This document shows positions 11,952 through 31,847 of a stretch of 64,000 nucleotides of DNA, one piece after another. The DNA is from Yuukianura sp. NJ FZ-2021 (taxonomy: Eukaryota). Where the stretch lies: NCBI GenBank assembly GCA_046563655.1, contig CM102285.1, positions 2,418,001-2,482,000 of the forward strand. Reading direction: 5' to 3'. Position numbers and translations under genes: made by a program. The notes below the pieces were generated by a model. The model searched no databases. It was given only the letters and a program-made list of their open reading frames with translations, and was not told where the DNA came from. Positions within the stretch are counted from its first letter, which is position 1, and each line of letters begins with the position of its first letter.

Positions 11952-12509
11952 TATTAAATAAAAACTCACACTCACTCTTCACCTCCCACTTTCTTTTTTT
12001 TTAATAGTTAATAACACACACACACACGCTTATACAACACTGTTAGTCTACTCGGCGGCTAACATTGGGTCTAGGTAAGTCCTGCGTGTTGACTTACCTG
12101 AATGCTGGTGGTTCTTTCCTTCTGTCCCCGAAGCCTGTCTGCCACCGAAGTAGCCGATGGCTCTGAGGTGCTACTGTAGACGGAAGCTCGACTGTATACG
12201 ACGGTACTTTGGACGGTAGATCGGAACGGTAAGATGTTGAGACAATAGGAAGGTAAGAACAATAGGAAGGTAATAATAGAATCGGTAACTGGTTAGGTTA
12301 CCGATTCGATTGTATTGTCTAGTGTCTCTCTACCGAGAGACGAAACTCTCTGGTCAGAGAAGGGAATAAAGTTCACGGAACACAATAACTTTGGTTGAGT
12401 AACTACTGTTTATTGTTAGAGTAGTGTGTAAGGTGGGACAACGGGCCCATTTATTTTTAGAACAGTCACGGGGGTTAGTCGGCCGCAATATTGGGGAGGG
12501 GAAAAAACT

Positions 12510-12640
12510 CAAAAGTCCTTGTTTGAACTTGACAATTCCTAGAATTTTCCAACACCCGAGGCCTGACGAATTCCGAGAACTTTTAAACGAAAGTTCTTGT
12601 TTGGACTTGTCAATTCCTTGAACTCTCCAACGCCCGAAGC
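12510..12640. repeat. Two-copy ~80-bp direct repeat upstream of the F-box-like ORF
   Basis: AAAGTCCTTGTTTGAACTTGACAATTCCTAGAATTTTCCAACACCCGA versus AAAGTTCTTGTTTGGACTTGTCAATTCCTTGAACTCTCCAACGCCCGA. Confidence 0.7.
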
Positions 12641-12773
12641 AAAAACAAATACTTTTTTATTTTTGTGTATTACAAAGTTAAAAAGTTGTTCATTTTCAGC
12701 TTCTCTCTTGCCGCGTCAACAACTGAAAAACTTTTTAAAACAGTAATTGCAAAGTAAATTTGTTATTGTCGAA

Positions 12774-13355
12774 ATGGCATATCAATTCGATTTCGATCGA
12801 CTCCCATACCTGTGCCAATTAGAAATATTTTCAAATTTGGACAGGTTCGCTTTGCAACTGGCTAAAGTGTTCCCAGACTCCGTAGCCATACTCAAGCCAA
12901 TGCTTGACAAGATGGGCGCCAAAGTTGCTGAGTATACCCCACATGTTATATGTGTTGGTGAGATGCATATCGTCCATCTTGAATTCAACAAGAAACAAAT
13001 GTTTAGAGTTGTGCTGGCGGGTCTAAAAAGTTTTCCGATTGGACGCGTCCTCACGGTGAAAAACTTTGTGACAGCGATTGCACCACTCAGAACGACAGTC
13101 GAAGTCACGCTATTCAAAAATTGTTCCATCGAAGAGCTACTACACCTCACCGAAAAATTCGACTTTGAGCGCGGGGTTTTTCGGGATGACACTGTAATCA
13201 ACATCACCCCTCATCGCTACAGCTGCAGATACGAGATTTTCGGCTGCAGATTCGAGACGTTTCAAGCTCTTGGAAGTATTATTTTTTTTTTTTTATTTGT
13301 AGAATACTCTCCCTGCGGGCCCGCAGCCCATGGAGAGGGAGTTCGATTCGTTTGA
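12774..13355 (+). CDS. F-box-like protein (3' structure uncertain, possibly disrupted)
   Basis: N-terminus MAYQFDFDRLPYLCQLEIFSNLDRFALQLAKVF resembles the F-box consensus (F..LP.E....IFS.LD..L..L..V). Confidence 0.5.
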   Translation: MAYQFDFDRLPYLCQLEIFSNLDRFALQLAKVFPDSVAILKPMLDKMGAKVAEYTPHVICVGEMHIVHLEFNKKQMFRVVLAGLKSFPIGRVLTVKNFVTAIAPLRTTVEVTLFKNCSIEELLHLTEKFDFERGVFRDDTVINITPHRYSCRYEIFGCRFETFQALGSIIFFFLFVEYSPCGPAAHGEGVRFV

Positions 13356-13469
13356 AATGAAGCTAATAATAAATTTAACGTGTGGGGCTGTACAAACTGA
13401 TAACATATTTGGGAGAATGATTGATTACATAGTAGGGGTTAAGTCGAAAAAATTTAAATTTAATAGAAC

Positions 13470-14030
13470 TTATTTCCGTCTTCTTCGTTCTTTGAATTTT
13501 GCCTTCATTTCGTCAAGTTTCGCTTGTAGAAGGGATTTGTTGAGATGATCCAATGATTCATGATTAAGTTCTCCATAGTGTTCAGCAACTGCTTTTTGGA
13601 AGGCGTCTCGGCCCTGCATTGCTGCTAATTTGAAGGAGTGTAATTTGTTGAGTTCTGCATGACCTCCATTTTGTGCAAGAAGGTCGGGCTGCTTGTGACT
13701 AGAGTTTGTGGCTGGAATTTGCTGATGTTTGGTGGTGAGGGTCTTATGTTTCGTGGGAGCAGAGTTTGGAAGATGAGAATCTGCATGGGAAGCGAAAAAC
13801 GTCTTCGATGACTTTCTTGTTTCTTGTGGAGATGTGGAGTTTTGCTGAATGGCATCTTGATGTAAAATTTCGGATGTTGGAGACTTTGAAAGAGCGCCTG
13901 GGTTGGGGTCAAAGGTTTCATTAAGGGTTTGTGACTGGATGACCTGCTGAGGTTTGTCCACGAGAGAGGTGAAGCTCTTGGAAGTATTGAATACGCCCAA
14001 CATCGCGATGAGAAAAATCAGGAACTCCAT
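13470..14030 (-). CDS. Intronless 186-aa hypothetical protein with a signal-peptide-like N-terminus
   Basis: Hydrophobic start MEFLIFLIAMLGVFNTSKS, S/T/Q/P-rich middle, basic C-terminus. Confidence 0.45.
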   Translation of the reverse strand: MEFLIFLIAMLGVFNTSKSFTSLVDKPQQVIQSQTLNETFDPNPGALSKSPTSEILHQDAIQQNSTSPQETRKSSKTFFASHADSHLPNSAPTKHKTLTTKHQQIPATNSSHKQPDLLAQNGGHAELNKLHSFKLAAMQGRDAFQKAVAEHYGELNHESLDHLNKSLLQAKLDEMKAKFKERRRRK

Positions 14031-14529
14031 CGGCTAACATTGGAATCATCTATTAAATTTGACAAAGAGTTGGAAGAATCTCATCGAAAATACCAATTAA
14101 AAATGCGAAAAGAAAATTGCAACGTTTGCGCGAAGAAAAATTCCAACGATGGATTCGTCGTCGGAAGGAATTGAAACAATCTGCTGCTTTTGTCAAGCTA
14201 AACATATATCGTCGTCGCTTAGCTCTTCAGCGTTTGAGCAAACGTAACTAAATAAAACGACAATAAATTTGTGAAATAATTAAATTATTTATAATGTTGT
14301 AATAAATGTTAAAAGTAAAAAAAATTTTTAAAAGTTTTAAATATAAAGTAAATTGTAATCTTTATAATAAATTAAGATTTTATAAAGTTAAAAAGTTTAA
14401 TAAAATAGTAAAAGTTTAAAAATATAAAGTAAATTGTATTATTTAAAAAACAAAATTTATAAGTTATAAAGATAAAAAAGTTGAATAAAAAAATCAAATC
14501 AAACAAAATAATTTTAAGACTGTTTAACG

Positions 14530-16029
14530 TTAGTTGTCACCCTTACAGATGCGAGCTTTCCTAGCATACTTGATAATAAGGTTATGTGTCTTCCGCACTC
14601 CAGCAAGGTCGATGTTGTTGTGGACATCAGCATTTCCATGTTCAACAACCATTCGCGCAGCATGACAAGCAATTCTGCCGCAGTTGTTGGCCGGTCCCAA
14701 TGATGAGTATAAGATGTTGCGATTAAAGTTGGCGTAGTCCCATCGAATGGAATAATTCATGTTGAATTTGTGGCGGAGAACTCTGTCCAGTTGAATTCTC
14801 ACATTGAAGAGCCTTGCTGGTGCAAATGTGTCATAGAAGTATCCGCACCTAAAATTAAAAAACAGTATAATTAAGCAAATGCTAACCCACAATGAAGTAG
14901 CATAATAAATGAAAACTTACCAATTTTTGATGTCAACAGCTACTAGTAGGATATGTCCTGGAATTTTCACGCTAACCAGCAGGATCTCAGTGTCCGATGG
15001 CACGGCCAAAAACGGCACATCAATAATGCCCAACACGTCCATTGTCGGGCTCATAAACGATGTCGCTCTTAGGTCGTAGTAAGGACAACCCAAAGCCGGC
15101 TGGATATCTTCCGATACGTTCCACTTCACACAACGCCATGCCTGCTCCGTCGGGATGTAGTGAATTTTTTTCCCTGAAGTTCTGACATCTTCCATGAGTT
15201 TCTACACAAAAACAGAACAAATTTATGATTAGTATTTAAAATTTAAAAAATATAAAAAAGTATAATTGTAAAATAAAACTCAACTTACCGTCATGAACGC
15301 GATAAAAACAGTAGGGAAGGTTCCACTAGTCGGTTTTTTCCGAAGTTCGTCTACGTGAGATTTCGCCACCTTAACGACGCCGTGATCGTAGTACTTCTCT
15401 TTGCACTTGAGTGGGAATTCCCTTGCCCAGTACAAATCTGCAGCGGGGATTTCCGTTCGAATTTGTGCAGTGTCCGGAAGTGGTTTGTAGTTGGCTGAAT
15501 CAGTCCAGTCTGCGCGATGTTCCGGAAGGATATTCTTGAGCATGAAGTACGAATGTACTTCCTGGAGTCCGCGCTGTGTACGAACAATTCCGTTGACCAT
15601 ATTGATGAGCTCGTCGCGATCAGTGGTTGTGTTTCTGAAATTTTGAAATAAAGTTAACAAATTGTCGTGTTTAAACTGTTTTTAAAATTTAAATTAACTG
15701 TTTTTAAAATTTAAATTAACTGTTTTTAATTTGTGTAATAAAGTTTTTAATGAATTGCAAGCTTACCTGATTGTTATAAATCTATCGACGACTGCCGAGT
15801 AATCGGCGCGAATCTCCCGAGGAACTCCGAGATGTTTACCTCTCATGTCGAGGAGTAACACTTCCATGATTTCTTCCCAGTGGTCGTAAAAGTACTCTGG
15901 AAGAGGCTGTTCCGCAGCAATAGCGTCGACAAACTTTTGATTTTCACTGGCTTTGCGCATGGGTTCTTTAAGGCGCTGATTCCGAATAAGCGGCGCTGGC
16001 GGTGGAACTAACGATGATGATGATGACAT
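14530..16029 (-). CDS. Intact four-exon clan-CE (Ulp1/SENP/adenain-like) cysteine protease, ~402 aa (copy A)
   Basis: Exons 15767-16029, 15289-15634, 14921-15201 and 14530-14848 splice in frame (1209 nt). Catalytic-type order H-D-C: ILLVSVKIPGHILLVAVDIKNW^CGYFYDTF ... GPANNCGRIACHAA. Confidence 0.75.
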
Positions 16030-16554
16030 TGTTGTTGTTTAGAGTTTAACGTTAATTGAAAATTGAAAATTGCAAAATTGAAATGAAAATTATCAAACTT
16101 TGCTTTACTTAAAAAAGTAAAGCAAAATTTTCAGACTTTTTCCATTTTGTCACTATTTAGTGCTTAAAGTACTGATTTGAACACACATTTGCATGGCGAA
16201 TCCGCTGGTGCAATTTGTTTTCCCATAAACTTAATGCTTTAAAAGTTACAGCCACTTAAAGTCGCGCTTAATTTTAACACTAATTTGAACGTTTTTAGCA
16301 TGTGGCTTATGCTATTCAACATTTATAGGGTCATAAAGGTTGCTCACCGACACAAAATTTGATGGGGAATCGAGCACTGGTTTTAGTTTTCATTTAAAGC
16401 TTCTCTGAAAAAAGTTACAACAGAAAAACCGATTTTTCAGTGACTTTTCAAAATGGATGTTGGAAACATAAATAAATTATAAGAACAACTGACCTATAAA
16501 ACGGCTTCTTAACATTTCATTGACACTTTTTTAACTATTATTAACAATGATTTC

Positions 16555-16790
16555 ATTTTTTAGTGATTTTCAGTGATTTTTCAGTGCTTTTTCAGAGGAA
16601 CTTTTTTAAAGGAAAGTTTTAATAAAATTCGATTTCACATTTTGGAGCTTGTTTATTCTGATTATTTGATTATTTATTAACTAACATTAACTATGATCCC
16701 ATTTTTTAGTGATTTTTCAGTGATTTCTCAGAGGAAATTTTTAATAAAATTCGATTTCACATTTTGGAGCTTGTTTATTCTGATTAATTA
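16555..16790. repeat. Two-copy ~120-140-bp direct duplication with AGTGATTTTTC sub-repeats
   Basis: AATAAAATTCGATTTCACATTTTGGAGCTTGTTTATTCTGATTA occurs at ~16621 and ~16743. Confidence 0.75.
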
Positions 16791-16881
16791 ATTATTTATA
16801 GCTAAATAACTAACATTCACTAAATAACATTATTTTGGAAATTCACAAATGCATTTTACATAAATTCACAGCTTTGAAAAC

Positions 16882-17088
16882 ATGGCGAAAAGATCTGCAT
16901 CTCCCGCTCCGGGTCCATCATCTAAGCGCGGGTGCCACACATGCGAAATCTGCAACGAAAAATTCCCATGCGCAAATCAGCTGCTCATCCACATTCACAT
17001 TCAGCATGAAGAGGACGAGACTGTGAGCGAAGCAACACAACAACTTCCACAGATTCCCAATGGAGACTTCGCCGTGGTATTGTTCTAG
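16882..17088 (+). CDS. Short ORF/exon with one C2H2 zinc finger
   Basis: HTCEICNEKFPCANQLLIHIHIQH matches C-x2-C-x3-F-x5-L-x2-H-x4-H, after a basic NLS-like start. Probably truncated. Confidence 0.5.
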   Translation: MAKRSASPAPGPSSKRGCHTCEICNEKFPCANQLLIHIHIQHEEDETVSEATQQLPQIPNGDFAVVLF

Positions 17089-20000
17089 AGTCGGAGCTCC
17101 GCACACCGGAACTCCGACCCTTCGAGACTCTCAATCTGGGCTTATTGTTCGAAGATCATATTGTTTGTAGACCTAACTATTGTCCTAACCAACTGTAACT
17201 AACTGCTAACTAAATAAGTATAACTACTAATGTAATCTGTCCCTTGAATGCTGAAGACTGGGTACTAACTAACTTACTTAGAATAACTAATTACTAACTA
17301 ACTAACTACTTACTAACTACTAAAGGGTTGACCCTTAGGGTCTGACTCCTTAATTATCACTGACTCTAACAGAGGTGAATTCAAGCTGCTTAAGGGTAAG
17401 ATGACTCACAAGCTCACAAGAGCGTGCGTCATTGACTTGGATAGGTCCACGTGTGTTCACGTGTTAGAACGATGTTACTGCCACGTAGGCTACTGCGTCT
17501 TAGAGTTATGAATCATGCACACCTGCTAAGTTTAGGTCACTGCGACTTACACTACGACTTGACTTATGTCTTACAGTTATGGGTCATGTGTGCAGTACAC
17601 TGTGAGTGAGATGACCCGGTCACAACGCTCACAAACACCAAAATAATTCGAATAAAAAAAACACAACTCACCCAACTCACCCCTCAAAAAAACAAAATTC
17701 AGAAAAAATTCCACCCTTCCCGCCACCTCCCAAACACACCCTAACCCCCTCCCCTCTGAAGAAGGGACGCCACGCCATCCTCTTATCCAAACGAGAACTG
17801 GTGAAGGAACAATAACAACTCAGAACAATAACATCTAATCGATCCAAATTAATCAATAAATCACATCGTCCACTAACTAGAGGAGTCTTCTTGTTCAAAC
17901 TTTCAAACGTCATGACTATTGTACTTTCCCGAGCTACTCTCCCTATCACTTTCTTCTTTACGACAAATGTCGCATTTCCGCCAACCACCGAGCCGAGCCA
18001 AATTTTGTATATTCTATCTCGATATACTCATCCAGCGAAATTACTGGCATAATTCCAGTGTCCGGGAATAGCTAGAAAGAGAAATAATCGTAAATTTTGC
18101 CTTTGACTAACAAAAAATATTGTTGCAACGTACATTTATTATGACAGTATTTGGCGCAATCTACACTATGGTAATGCATCACCGTAAAACTTCATGATTT
18201 CGCACTAGTCTACCGATTGCCATGTTACCACTCACGAAAAGTATAATTGAAAGAGGAAGGGTAATGCTAGTGTAAAGAACCTAGTTTGCAATATGTTTAC
18301 TTTCTTGTCAAATAATCTTCTAAGCCTTCAAAGTTCATTTCATTTTCATTTTCTTAAAACACTTACTAACTTAACTAGTTTAACTGCCCAATAAATGAGG
18401 ACAAGTTTTTCGTTAATTATAGCAAATGATTCTAGAGTTACTAATTAGTTAATTGAAAGCTCAGTAGTTCAATTGGTTTTGAAATAATCTGCAAATTAAA
18501 CAAATGTACAAAAAATTGCACATTTTGTGGAGTTTATGTTTGAAATTTCAACGAGAATTCCGATCGTGTTTTATTTTAGTTACTTGCAATGTAATAATAC
18601 GATGTTGATGAATTGAGCAAGTACATATATTTTAACATAAGATAGGAAATTCTCGAATATGCCAGCATAATATTATTCATGGACACACAATATAAAGATG
18701 CTCACATAGTGATTCGTGAAGCCAACTTTCTTCCAATTAAAAATCAAAAGAGCAACGTAATTAGAACCACAGATTCGTAGTATGGAAACAGCATATAAGA
18801 TGTCAGTTGCGGCTTCTGAAACAAGCGGATGTCAAGGACGTCTCGTCGACTCTATTTTTTAGTACAAATATCGTTTGCTTGATGTAATGTAGCTAATATT
18901 AATCACAATATTTATCATAATATTAATCACAATATACTTAGAAATTCTAAGTTATAATTTAATTAAAACCAATGAGTTGAAAGCATTTTGTAGTTACTTA
19001 TTTCAGCGGATGTTGTTGTGATTTCTCTAAATTATTTTATTCGATTGTTGTTGTTTTTTATTAAATTTTTCTCTAAGAAACGCCGTACTTCATTTCATAC
19101 TGAAAAACAGCTATATTGTTTTGTTTGCGTAGAATTGAATTTTTAATACGTCCTTATATGCAGTTTGCAGTACGGCGTCTTCTTTTTATACAAAACCAAA
19201 AGTGAAAATCAATTTCATTACTATGTACTAATAATTTTTTTAAACATCTGAATATTTTTATTTGAAATAATTTGAAACAAAAAAAAATTAGTTTCTCGGT
19301 TGGTTTTTAAGTTTATAAAAATTTTTTCTAATTTAGAAGAATACTTTTAAGTACAAAAAGTATTTTTTTAAATACAAAAAAAAATTTTTTTCAAAAACTT
19401 TTTTGTCTTTTTGTAAACTTTTTTTTTATTTTAAGGAAAAAATATTTAATTATAAGATAAAAATAATTTATAGTGAAAGTCGTTATTGCCCCTCCATAGT
19501 TGAGGTTGAGCCTGAAAAGAAAAGAGTGTAAGCGTCGTAAAAAAGCGTGGTTGGGTAAAAAATGCCGGGCTTTCCCCCAGGACGGGCTGCGGGCATGATG
19601 GATTTCTGGCTTCCATTTTTATAATGAAAAAGTTGTACAAAATATGGATTTTGCTGAACGCCCGCTAAATCGATCCCGCGCATTTAAATCCACGGATTAA
19701 ATCCGGCTCCGCCTTTTAGGGAGACCCCTCAACTGTCAACTTAGGGAAACAATAAGCAATAGGAATAAAAAAAACACGTGCTCGTTGTTGGACTTCACAT
19801 GTTCCACTCGTCCTCGCACGTCGGGTTTCGGAGAAAGAAGTTTTCGCGAGATTTCGTCACGAATTCGCAATGTAAACATAAAACGTTTTCGCAATGAAGA
19901 TCATATTCAACAGAAACTATTCTGTGACGTCTGACGCTTCTAGTTTATCCAACCCTTCACCTCCACTTCTCCTATCTTATCATCGGTAAGACAAACTACA

Positions 20001-20200
20001 AAACGTAGCTAAAAGGTTTATACATTCAGAATTATTACTAATATCAGTGTCCGGTGCGGTGGCGTTGATGATTTGTTTTAGGCGAAATTCCGCTTCACAT
20101 TTGACCTTAGTAATCTGCATAATTCACAACTTGACGACCATAAATCAACGGCGCGGACTGAAGTAAGGCACAGTTCTGAGGGCGATCTTGAACACGAAGG

Positions 20201-28750
<8,550 letters not shown>

Positions 28751-29177
28751 AATCTAAAGTTACCAACATTTATTTAGTTTTGTTTACTTCTTTGTTTGCA
28801 CCAAGTTACCAGTAGTTTGTAGCGTCTAAAAAATTAAAGGAATTTACAGTTTGTCGTTAAGTTGCCTCTCGTAAGAAAAATCAATGCTCAAAATTACGGT
28901 CAGTTAAGTGCGGTAAAGGTGATTACTGAATTCTACCGCAAGAATTTCATACTTTTCATAAGTATATTTCGGTTTGCGTTCAATTTGTAGCTGAAATTGT
29001 TATATTCTATCACCTTCCTTAAGCAAGCGTTTCACACGGTATCAAACAAAATTGAGTTAATTAAAAAGTCGGAAGAGATTACAGAAATATCTATTGCTAT
29101 AAATAGGCGGTTACTAACATAACCAGCCATACCGAGCAAACCATTTTTCTTTTGAAATTTCAAAAACGGCTTCCACG

Positions 29178-29880
29178 ATGTTGGCGCTTGTAGTGGCGTT
29201 GTCCGTTGTTGGATACGTGACCGGAACGGGTATGGTCATAACCACTAGTACGACAACAGAAAATGGAGGTTTGCGCCTACTGTCAGGAACACTGTCAGGT
29301 TAAGAAGACTGGACCAGACTTCGAATATTTATGAGGTTTGCTCCGATTCACGCTACGTTCCACTTCGGGAGTTCCTCAGTACCGTACCACCAGATTTTCA
29401 TTACACTTCGACCTGGAATGAAGGCTGTAAGTTTGAAATTTTAACAAAGTTTTACATAATCTAAATTTAAAGTTCTTAGGATTTTTCGGTTAGGATTTAG
29501 CGCATAACTCGTATTGGCATTTGGGTGAACTTGCTCGTGTGGCTAAGTCACCACTTAAGGGTACTGTTCCCCTGACGCGGTACTGGAATGGACGAAACAA
29601 TAGACTTTCAACACAACCACTTACTGGAGGATGGAATCCCTGGACAGATGCTAACTACGCGCAGACGTACATTTACACGGAACTAAAGGAAGGGACGTTT
29701 GGACTCTACGCATTCAACAGAGGACCCATCCAGCGATTAGCTCTGGACTACAACATAAATGTAATGGAGAACATGGGATGGACCAACGAAGGTCTTCTGG
29801 GCTATGTCTACAGACCATGCCCATCACCACATACGGCTCTGCCCGCAAATAATGTCAATATTACTACAAAAGTAGAGTAA
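29178..29880 (+). CDS. Putative secreted protein with DUF5648-like repeats (reading frame possibly disrupted)
   Basis: Signal-like MLALVVALSVVGYVTG, then segments YVPLREFLS..DFHYTST, GTVPLTRYWNG and GWTNEGLLGYVY resembling the VPLYR.YN..DHFYT..EG..GYV repeat. I could not join the pieces in frame with canonical splice sites. Confidence 0.5.
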
Positions 29881-31847
29881 TATTGTATGTTTCATAATAT
29901 TTGTCAATAGTACGATATTACAAAAATGTAATAAATTTGAATTGGATTGGTTGTTTACTCTGTATTTGCATCGGATATATATTCTATCACATGCTAATTT
30001 CAGTCGTAAATACATTTATGAGCGAATTTACGATTTATGTCGAAATGAGCTTTCCGCTCTAAACAAACCGTTTTCAAATTTACTGTTTGTATATAAGTTT
30101 TTAATACATTTGACAAAAACAGATTTCTGAGCAAACAAAATACATTTATTTTGAGTATTTTAATATAAAAATAAGAGCAATTATGTTAGCAAATACGGGT
30201 ATCAGAACTCGTATTAACAAACAAAAAAATTTTATGCCCAAGTCCCTCGCCCTATCCGGGCAAAGGCGTACTTGACATCTCATGATGTTTGTAATATGGC
30301 ACAAAATTCACTTTTTCAAGTTTATCTTCACATATAATATACATTCGGGATTTCAAAAAAATGCATATACAAAAGAAATCAACAAAGGTTTACGCTTATC
30401 ACTACACTAACTTGTACATTGTATAATTTTACTTAATTTCTCTTTAAAAATGTGCTTAGAATCATAAACAGTAAATAATTTGTAAAATTTCAATGTAGTT
30501 AAATCTTGAGGGAAGCCACAGACTAGATTTCCTTTGTTGCAAAACTGTTAGTTAATAACAAATATGCTACTTGTCAATTAAACTTTTTAAAATTTTTTAA
30601 CAATTCCTGATTTAATAAAAGTTGAAAACTTAGTTAAAACTTGAATTTCCAGGTTGAAAACTAGTAAGTTCAATTTTTGAGCAAACTTAGGGAAATCAAA
30701 AGTCCAAGTTTTTCATGTGTGCAACTGCGGTAAAACTACAAATACATTTAAGAATTTACTCCATGTTGCAATAAATTCAAAGTGTCGTGATTTTTTGTGT
30801 AAATCGATACGTGAGGTATAGAACGGTAGCACACCATTGCTGTGAAATGAATTGCTCCAAAAGAAATGCTACGAAACCTATTGCGCCGAAATTGAATTAA
30901 TTCACATTATTGAGATTAGAGTAAATATAGGTTAGATTTATAATCGTAAGGTTATTATTACTGATTGCGGTAACAACGATAAGACTACTGTGGTTTGAGT
31001 TATTAGTGATCGAATTAGCTTCTGGTTAGCTTGAAGTAATTTTGGAGCACTTTCACGTTCGGAATAATTGGATTCGCGGCAATTCATTCGGATCAATTTG
31101 TTCGGAGCAATGGCATGGAGCCGTGTTTCTTTTCATTTTCTATTAATAATGTAAAAGTATACACTTGCGTTACCCGTCCCAGTCTATAGGACAGCCAAAA
31201 AATGTTCAATACGTTATCACGTTCCACGCAACATACGAACAGTTGGACGACATCAATTTTCTAATTTAGTTTTTAAATTTTCTTCTCCATCAATTGGATC
31301 AATCTTGAGAATTCTTCACTTTGAATAGTCAAAAATATCTGCGTAGCCCTTGCGTATACCGGTTCCGCATTAGCTGGAATTCCAATATAAAAACCAGTTA
31401 TGGGAAAATTTTGAATTTTAAGTCCCGCAGGACTTTTACCGAGTTGACAAAACCTCTGAAGCTCGCATTTTCGTTTGAAACTCAAAGTGTTTCAATATTT
31501 TTTTTTACATTAACTTTGCTGCTTGTTACCTCTTCCTCGAGGTTTAGAAAATCTAATATATTATTTTTTTAACTTAAATTCTAAAATATAATTGAATTAC
31601 ATATCTGTTTTTTGTATGGCATTCACCGGTTGATACACCAGGTACACTTTGATATATTACTGACATCAGTAATATTTTACTATTTTACATTGGAAATTAT
31701 TGGCTCTGCCAATTATTCATAAAGTAAGCAGCACAGTTGTCCAACCGGAATTAATGCTTTGGTTCTTTCAAAAGAGGTACAGCTTTGGTTCTAGGCGCGA
31801 ATATCGCGCTAAATTTTAAATTTCTAAATTTTAAACATTCCCTCCAT

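Noticed and set aside
12042-12420. Possible solo LTR (TGTTAG start, AATAAA near the end)
   Set aside because: No clear CA end, TSD or second copy could be identified.
12782-13207. 141-aa minus-strand ORF
   Set aside because: Antisense to the F-box-like ORF, Ser-rich, with no motif.
1-17760. A complete autonomous Polinton
   Set aside because: No integrase, packaging ATPase, capsid or paired TIRs were recognisable, and the polymerases are fragmented.
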